The position numbers were made by a program, and so were the translations under genes. Positions 54,211 to 64,000 of a stretch of DNA of 64,000 nt are shown piece by piece. The stretch's first letter is position 1. Each line of letters begins with the position of its first letter. This DNA is from Eledone cirrhosa (taxonomy: Eukaryota), in the NCBI GenBank assembly GCA_964016885.1, contig OZ024751.1:44516001-44580000 (forward strand), given 5' to 3'. The notes beneath the pieces are model-generated. The model was not told the DNA's origin, made no database searches, and saw only the letters and a list, made by a program, of their open reading frames with translations.

Positions 54211-55057
54211 AACCATATATGTCGAGGATTTCTCGAACTTGGTGAAACAGTTAACACACACACACACTCTCTCTCTCTCACTCTCTCTCTCTCACACACA
54301 CACACCCACACAAAATCAAACACACATCCCCACACACACTTATACCAGGGGTGGTGGAAGCATTTCTGAAATGGGGAGGGGGGGTCCAAATTTAGTCAAT
54401 TTAGTTGTAGTGATTAGTCTAGCTCTTTGTACTCTAAAATGGTCAGAAAACTTCGATATGCGATAAACATAACATGTACATAAATTGTAGTGCATATCCA
54501 AATAGATGTGTGTTTTGGTAGTTTGGGGAGAAAGTATAATTATGGGGGGTGGGGGCTGCCCTGGTCCCCCAGTTCCACCGCCCTGCAAACACACATACAC
54601 ACACACACACACACATGAATAAGATAATCGTTTGGGCAAGTTTACGGCAAGTCAAAAAACTGATTGACAGACAGCTAAATATAGATGCTGACAGACGTAA
54701 AACAACAGACATACTGACAGACAGACAGACAGACAGACGTGCAGGCAGTCAGACTGACACACGGGGAGACAGATGGAAACGATAACATTAAACGATATTT
54801 AATATCTGTGACCAAAATATTAGCACAAGTGGCTCATAGTTTCTTTGGAAAGAGAAAAGAGAAAATAAACAAAAACAAAAACAAAAACAAAAACAAAAAA
54901 AACACACACTAACAAACTAAAAACAAAACCTCATTTGAGATTAGAGGAAATTAAAGGCACTTGAGTAGTTCTCGTTGATTAGCTTTCTCTGTCATGTTTT
55001 TAAATCATATGGCAGGTCGGGACCTCATTAACTTACTTTTTTTTATCGCTTTGTCAG

Positions 55058-55121
55058 GCAGGGAAGGGCAATACCCGTGACCCTTTGCAGGGCCTCCGGA
55101 ACAGAAACTGGTATGAGGAGG
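55058..55121 (+). CDS. candidate 64-bp exon AGKGNTRDPLQGLRNRNWYEE
   Basis: Strong acceptor CTCATTAAC..TTTTTTTTATCGCTTTGTCAG and donor AGG/GTAAGA. Confidence 0.45.
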
Positions 55122-55369
55122 GTAAGAATGAGAGGGAGAAATGTATTTTTAAACGGGAAAGATGGCCTCAATGCTTGCAACAGTGTGGACTCCGCTAAAG
55201 GTACTCAAGGACCAGGTGATAGTAGTGTTAAATTGAGCGATGAATTACCTTCTGCCCACCCAAGGAGGCCACCACGTAATCTGAACTTAGAAAAAAAAAA
55301 TACTGAAAGTCCAACGAGAGATGAAAGATAAAGTTCACCTCGGTGGGGTTTGAACATATATTTTCCACG

Positions 55370-57520
55370 TGAAGGAGCGTAGTTTAATGGTTACGGTGTT
55401 CAGCTCCCGAACGTAATGTCGTGAGTTCGGTTCCCGGATCGAACAGCAGCCTGTGTCCTTCAGCAAAACAATTTATTTAACGTTACTTCAGTCAACTCAG
55501 ATATCAAAATGAGTGGGCCTGTAATTCAAATGTCCAGCTATGTCACACTCTGTGATACACCGAATCTCACTGAGAACTACGGTAATGGTTCACGTTTTTG
55601 TGAGATGCTCAGTCACTTGCACGTTCATTTCACAATCAGGCTATTACGTCGATCACCTCAGACGGAAAGCTCGTCAAATATATAATTACCACACCGAGAT
55701 ATGAATTTATTATTAGAGTTAATAAAATAAGTTCGAACTCCGCCGAGGTTAGCTTTGCCTTTCATCCTTACGGGGTCGATAAAATAAAATACCAGTAATG
55801 CACTAAGGTTGATTTAATAGACTACCATCTTCCCCCCACCAAAAAAACAGCAACATTGTTGGCCTTATGCCTATAGTAGAAATCATTATTTGAGTTAGTA
55901 ATGGGGATTCTACGAGCTGGCTTGATCTGCTAGCAATAACTTTCAAACCAAACTCTACTCTCCTGACCTATGAAACACTACACCAGAAGGTTTATCTTGA
56001 TCCGCAACGAATTTTTGAAAATAATTTTTTGAAAAGCCACACTAATGTTTGGGCGTCTTGAAACATGTCATTCCTAATTCCATTATACACAAGTGTGATT
56101 GTTAAAAGAAGGAATGTAATAATATTTTTCGACATTTAAGAGGTTAATTTGATAGGATAAAATAACATTACTGTATTTCTTCTGAATCATTACATTCTGA
56201 GTTCAAATCCCACCGAGGTCAACTTTGCCTTTCTTAATTCCGGGGTTGATAATTAAAACACCAGACAAGTACTTTGCTCTACTCCAAATCTGCTGGCCTT
56301 GTGCCTAAATTAAAAATCAATATTTTACAAATTAAAAAAATCTTTTAAATGTCATTTATTTTCCTTTCCAAGCGAAAGACATCAGTAATTTTTTTTCATT
56401 TGATCTCCAGTGTGACACAATGTCACACTGGAGAGCCATTGCCTTTTTGTCTTAAAAAGACAAATTAGATAGTAGTCCTAGATATATTGCACCTTAAAAC
56501 AAACTTATAGCATGATCAAGACTAGAACGGACCTCATTAATTATAACTCTGCTCAAGTAAAGTGTTTTTTTAAATAATTGTTTCTACTTTTGGCACAAGG
56601 CCAGCAAATAACCAGTACATTACTGGTACTTTATTTTAAGGATGAAAGGGAAAGTTAACCTCGGCGGGATTTGAACTGAGAAAGTGTTTTTTTAAATAAT
56701 AACCATAGCTGACCAAAAAGTTATCTGTGAACCTTGGAATAAAAATTCATTGACTGCCTAGTTATTTATGACTCCCCCTGTATTTAGAATCGGGAGATGT
56801 AACGGACCCATATCATAACAATGGATCGGGGATTTATTCCATTGTACATGATTGAATCTTAGTTTCAATTGATATGATAATTCTGCAATTGTTGGCCCTA
56901 ATCTCGTCCGATGAGTTGAAAGAATAAATAAAATAATTGTTTCTACTTAAGGCACAAGGCCAGCAATTATCGCAGTGTATTACTGGTACTTTATTTTATC
57001 GACCCCGTAAGGATGAAAGGCAAAGTCAACCTCGGCGGGATTTGAACTCAGATCGTAAAGGGACGTAACTATGCTGGAAAGCATGACGTCCGACCTTCTA
57101 AAAATAATGGAAAAGCACAAGAAAGAACGTGATAAACCTAGAATTTAACCCGAAATTTGGCACATTCTCGCTGATAACGCTGTACATTGATCGAAGACTC
57201 AGGCAAGTGATAGGCCTCATGTCACTTATTTTGTCAAATAAGAACCAGATATGATTTTAAAAAAAACTGATAACGGTAGGGGATTTTTTGTCGTTGTTTT
57301 ATTATTTTAATTTTTTTATTTTTACTTGCGAATAATGGTTTAAAAAAAATATATTTCTATTTTCATTGTGTAGACGGCTAATTTGTAGATTCATTAGAAC
57401 ATCCTATGTTCTAATGAATGTTTTGCGGTGTTGACTCTGAGTTCAAATCCTGCCGAGGTCAAATTTGCATTTCACCTCATCGAGGTCGATAAAAATGTAC
57501 CAGTGTCGTATTAGGGTCGA
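55370..57520. mobile_element. scattered SINE copies (55370-55675 +, 55733-55890 +, 56195-56320 +, 56575-56680 -, 56932-57105 -, 57435-57520 +)
   Basis: Match the two SINE families found elsewhere in the window. Confidence 0.75.
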
Positions 57521-57615
57521 TTCTTCTTCTATATCTCTTTCTCACTTTCCTTTTATCACACACAAGCCCCCTCTCTCTCCCCCTCTCTCTCTCTTTTCTT
57601 CTCGTTGAAACCTAG

Positions 57616-57828
57616 AGAGGGGATGGGCTCGGTCAGGTTTAAAACAAAAGATACATAAAACAAGTCAGATGTCACCAAGACACTCCTACGAATCGACCAG
57701 GAGTTCCGTGCCCATATATTCATACATTTTATTTCAAGGGCTTCACAAACGAAAGGGGAAAATTCCTGTAAACATTGCTTTCAAAAAGAATTATTTGGGG
57801 TGCTTCATGAATAAAGAGTTTATACCTA
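57616..57828 (+). CDS. candidate 213-bp phase 1-1 exon RGWARSGLKQKIHK..KNYLGCFMNKEFIP
   Basis: Pyrimidine tract then CCTAG, open frame of 71 codons, weak donor CTA/GTGTGT. Confidence 0.3.
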
Positions 57829-58323
57829 GTGTGTGTTTGTGTGTTTGTGTGATTGTATGTGTGTTTATATGTGCGTGTTTGTATGTGTTTGTGTTTGTGT
57901 GTGTGTTTGTGTGTGCACCGGACAAAACGTTGTTAGAAGATCAAGCATCGGATTAGAGGACCTGAGATCATAACATTTAATCTTAGATAGGAGATAATGA
58001 GAAAAGAGAGAGAGAAAGGGAGGGGAAGTAAGATGAAAAGACAGAGATACACAGAGATTGGAATGAGAGAGAGAGAGAGAGAGAGGGGGGCGGGGTGAGA
58101 GAGATGAAGGGAGTAAAATGACGTTTGTGCCAGAAAATATTTGGCAAAGGATTCTCTTTAATTAGCACCTCTGATTGTGTATTGCCCTTTTTCAAGAAAC
58201 ATACAATCATAAATAAGCACCTGCACTCTCACTCTCTCTCTCTCTATCTCTCTCTCACTCTCTTTCTCTCTCTCTCACTCTCTGTCTCGCTCTCTCTCTC
58301 TCTTTCTATCTCTCTCTCTCACA

Positions 58324-58366
<43 letters not shown>

Positions 58367-58395
58367 CCTCAATTATACACACAGACACAGCCCCA

Positions 58396-58454
<59 letters not shown>

Positions 58455-58455
<1 letters not shown>

Positions 58456-58490
58456 CAGGTTGCCCCAAAAATGTATACACATTTTGATTA
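58455..58490 (+). mobile_element. possible Tc1/mariner TIR remnant
   Basis: TA-CAGGTTGCCCCAAAAATGTATACACATTTT resembles CAGGGTGTCCCA-type TIRs. Confidence 0.35.
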
Positions 58491-58722
58491 TCTGTACAGG
58501 CAATATTTATTAGAATGTATATATACCTGTATATATACTTATCTATTTAATCAATTTAAACGTCCGTAAAGAGCTAGTAAGCCATGACAAACGAGGGACG
58601 TATCTATTTCTTCTTACAGTTGACAACATATAGAGAGATATAAAGTGATATATAAAAATCAAAATGAAAATTAAATAAAATAAATAATTTAAATAGGGAA
58701 GGCCAATGGGAGGCGAAATAAG

Positions 58723-58768
<46 letters not shown>

Positions 58769-58856
58769 TATATTTGCTTATTTCGCCTCCCATGTATATG
58801 TATATATATATATATATATATACATATATACATATATACATATTTCGCCTCCCATG

Positions 58857-58888
<32 letters not shown>

Positions 58889-58933
58889 TACATATATACA
58901 TATATATTATTATATATATATACATATATATAA

Positions 58934-58966
<33 letters not shown>

Positions 58967-59170
58967 TATATCACGATACATTAACGGAGCCATAGACTCT
59001 CGCCGGTCCCTGTAAATAATGTGCTCAAAGGAGAGGAAATCCTGGGCACTTTAGAATACAATATGTCGAAAAGGTAACACACTAGAGAGAGATACAGTGC
59101 GCCATCAATAAAACAGGGAAAAACCACCAGTGTATGGAATCTATAACCTATATATATATATACATTGATA

Positions 59171-59244
<74 letters not shown>

Positions 59245-59250
<6 letters not shown>

Positions 59251-59480
59251 AGGAGGTGAGTTTTATTGTAGTACAATAAAGCAATGCAGATATCGGATAA
59301 GAAGCACTCTACAGTTTGTAGGACTGGAGTATATATAATATATAAGATCAAAAGATGGTTAAAAGAGTTCCATGTATTTTATTATGCGCATTTCAAAAAC
59401 AAATATTATTGCATGATGATATTTGTTTTTGAAATGCGCATAATAAAATACATGGAACTCTTTTAACCATCTTTTGATCT

Positions 59481-59494
<14 letters not shown>
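59245..59494 (-). mobile_element. fold-back copy of the 41940-42290 element (palindrome 59331-59494)
   Basis: Symmetry centre GCAT at 59411-59414 is the stem II loop of the HHR at 42094-42164. Confidence 0.85.
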
Positions 59495-60119
<625 letters not shown>

Positions 60120-60139
60120 ATATATATTATATATATATA

Positions 60140-60206
<67 letters not shown>

Positions 60207-60209
60207 TTA

Positions 60210-60331
<122 letters not shown>

Positions 60332-60828
60332 CATATATATATACATATGTGTATGTATGTATATAGAGAATACATAGTGAGATAAGGGGGGAAGAAAAAC
60401 AAGGTCAAATCTGTCGGCCATGGATATATAGACTCAGTATTAAAGCTTGAGAATATCACATCAATTAACATTCTCTCCCTCCTCTTCACTTACTTCGCTA
60501 CATTTATTTGGACTATTATCAATCTTTTTCTTGTTAATACTGTTAATGTTGGCGCTATTGTTTTAGTGTCTTTCTCAATCCTGCGATCTTTCGGCGGAGA
60601 TTTCTACCTTCACGATAGAATAATTAATATACAAATGTTGATTTTCGAAACCTATAATGTTTATTTAATCGGAATATAAATGACATTTAGTGTTGGTAAT
60701 CTAACAATCTTAGTATGATAGATGTCCCCATTCAATAATGTATCGTGGAACTAATAAAATTTGGTGTCATTGTTCATCGTGTGTGTCTTATCTTTATCTT
60801 GATCAACACACACACACACACGCACACG

Positions 60829-60933
<105 letters not shown>

Positions 60934-61138
60934 GAACACGCACACACACAGACATACACACACACACACACACACGCACACACACATATATATATGTATA
61001 TATATATATATATATGTGTGTGTATATATATATATTTGCAAGAGATGTCAACATGAATGAACCTGTTATTTTTATCTAAATACATTTTTTCCAATTCCAA
61101 CCCACCCGTCCCCTCAATCTATCTTATCTCTCATTCTT

Positions 61139-61174
61139 TCTTCTGATGAAGGACTAGCGTCCGAAACGTTAAGA
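61139..61174 (+). ncRNA. minimal type I hammerhead ribozyme in Penelope-like 3' end 61036-61262
   Basis: TCTT CTGATGA A GGAC-TAGC-GTCC GAAACGTT AAGA; palindromic AACGTT stem III. Confidence 0.75.
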
Positions 61175-61261
61175 CCCTCTTCTTGCTATATCAAGCGTTA
61201 ACCTAATATATCCCTTCCATATACTGTACCGATTGTGTTGTTATTTCTGTTTACCTTTTAC

Positions 61262-61354
<93 letters not shown>

Positions 61355-61477
61355 AATATATATTATCAAATAATTGAGGGCGGCCGACCTGACTAGAAAC
61401 TGCTAAATGTGTGGCCGCCTTCTTGTCTCTGCCTTTTCAGCCCCATGGATTATATTCCTTTGTTAAATTTCGAATAC

Positions 61478-61527
61478 CTGATGATGTCACCGAATTCATA
61501 CTGAACCCGGTCATTGAAATGTTCATA
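61478..61527 (+). ncRNA. degenerate hammerhead-like motif
   Basis: CTGATGA..ACCG..TTCA-TAC-TGAA..CGGT..GAAA TGTTCA TA; stem I poor. Confidence 0.4.
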
Positions 61528-61721
61528 ATATAATAAACCATCAAGGAATTACACCAGTCCAGCCTCCTGTTATTTTATAATAATTAACTCCGTACTCGCT
61601 CCACCAACAACACAAACGAAGACGGGTGAGTTGCATTACGTCGAATGCTCTCCCTAATATTACATCAAGGTTGACCATACGGAATGACCAGTTCTATCCA
61701 GTGGTGAACGAACAAACCTAA

Positions 61722-61782
<61 letters not shown>

Positions 61783-61807
61783 TATATAAATATATATATA
61801 TATATAT

Positions 61808-61872
<65 letters not shown>

Positions 61873-61899
61873 TATATAAATATATATATATATATATAT

Positions 61900-61950
<51 letters not shown>

Positions 61951-61966
61951 TATATAAATATATATG

Positions 61967-62002
<36 letters not shown>

Positions 62003-62014
62003 GGTATATAAATA

Positions 62015-62088
<74 letters not shown>

Positions 62089-62109
62089 TATACATATATA
62101 TATATACAT

Positions 62110-62535
<426 letters not shown>

Positions 62536-62774
62536 ATATATATATAAACACACACACAAACACACACACTCTCTCTCTCTCTCTGACACATACGCACTCA
62601 CACGCTCTCCCTCTCCTTCATACACACACACACACACTCATACACACACACATACACATCGACCTAGTAACACATAAAACAAAATGTTTAAGGGCCTTCA
62701 GGAAATAAACAGATTACCTCAGACATAATAACAAAGCTGTGTGTGTGTTTACGTGTGTGTCCCTGAGTGTGTAT

Positions 62775-62808
<34 letters not shown>

Positions 62809-62951
62809 ATACGTGTGTATGTGTGTGTGTGTCCGTGTGTGTGAGTGTGTATACGTGAGATACATGTGTGTGTATGTGTCTGTACATATATGTGTAAGAG
62901 TGTAGGGTTTATGCATGTCTTGTCTACAGGTGACAAAGTTAGCTCTAAAAA

Positions 62952-63390
62952 AATGATGATAACGATAATGATGATAATGATGGTGATGATGATGTTGATG
63001 ATGATGGTGATGGTGATGATGGTGGTGATGATGATGGTGATGATGAGGATGATGATGATAATGATGATGATGATGATAATGATGATGATAATGATGGTGA
63101 TGATGATGATGACGACGATAATGATGATGACGATAATGATGGTGATGATAATGATGGTGATGATAATGATGGTGATGATAATGATGGTGATGATCATGAC
63201 GATAATGATGGTGATGATAATGATGGTGATGATAATGATGGTGATGATAATGATGATAATGATCATGACGATAATGATGGTGATGATAATGATGGTGATG
63301 ATATGATGGTGATGATATGATGGTGATAATATGATGGTGATGATCATGATGATGATAATGATCGTGATGATAATGATGATGACGATGACT
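62952..63390. repeat. (GAT)n/(GATAAT) microsatellite
   Basis: Direct reading. Confidence 0.95.
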
Positions 63391-63662
63391 ACAAAGATGG
63401 TAGCAGGAAAACAGATAATTAGATCGAATAATACATGATCAGATGACAAAGAACAAAAAATAAAAGGCCAATAACCAATTTAAGATGGATGTGTTTTTCA
63501 ATGGGGTTAGGGTTAGGTTGCGGAAGAATTCTAGGATGTTGAGTCATTCATGCCTTTCTCCTTAACTTAATGGTTTAAATGTTTTAAAAGTATCGTGATT
63601 ATTTCATTGAAAACGTGTTGCAATTTTTGCTCTGAAATTATTTAATTTTTTCTCATCTGCAG

Positions 63663-63703
63663 AGGAACCTTACTCGATGTTTTTCAACTATTACTTATTG
63701 TGA
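63663..63703 (+). CDS. candidate terminal coding exon EPYSMFFNYYLL*
   Basis: Strong acceptor TTTTTTCTCATCTGCAG; AATAAA at 63972. Confidence 0.35.
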
Positions 63704-64000
63704 TGGACTATTATTAAGCTCATTTACGTTGGGATGACTACATTTAAAATTTAAAATTTTAGAAACTTAATTACTGGGTGTATAACCGGATTCTGTGAAG
63801 TCTGCTAATTCAATCAACATGGTTGTAATATTGGCAAAGGCGGTGATACTGTTGACGTTTCACAGCTATCATCACTACTAACGTTATTTTTCCAAACTCA
63901 TGAAAGCGTTTGAATATAATTTTGAAAGCAGAAGCAGAGGCTACAGAAAGGAGTTCAGTTTAGATCCTATCAATAAAGTCTTCATACGGTTTAAATTCAC

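Overview
Very AT-rich, repeat-dominated metazoan DNA. The microsatellite load and SINE types suggest a cephalopod such as Octopus, but that is inference. Nearly all ORF-track entries are translations of (TA)n, (CA)n, (GATA)n, (GGTA)n or trinucleotide tracts. Real coding sequence is retrotransposon-derived: a frameshifted RTE-clade LINE and seven L1/Tx1-type LINE copies (one with an intact ~1145-aa EN-RT ORF2) plus a possible 3'-end stub. All the Tx1 copies are on the minus strand, inserted in (GATA)n and stacked head-to-tail. The most striking feature is a set of short, mutually unrelated elements embedded in (TA)n tracts that carry minimal type I hammerhead ribozyme (HHR) motifs, as known for Penelope-like elements and retrozymes. 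They include a 466-bp tandem array with one well-formed HHR per unit, and several copies that fold back into palindromes or are truncated at the ribozyme stem-II hairpin. Also present are many tRNA-derived SINEs, a piggyBac-type MITE, several minisatellites and a tentative set of small phase-compatible + strand exons.
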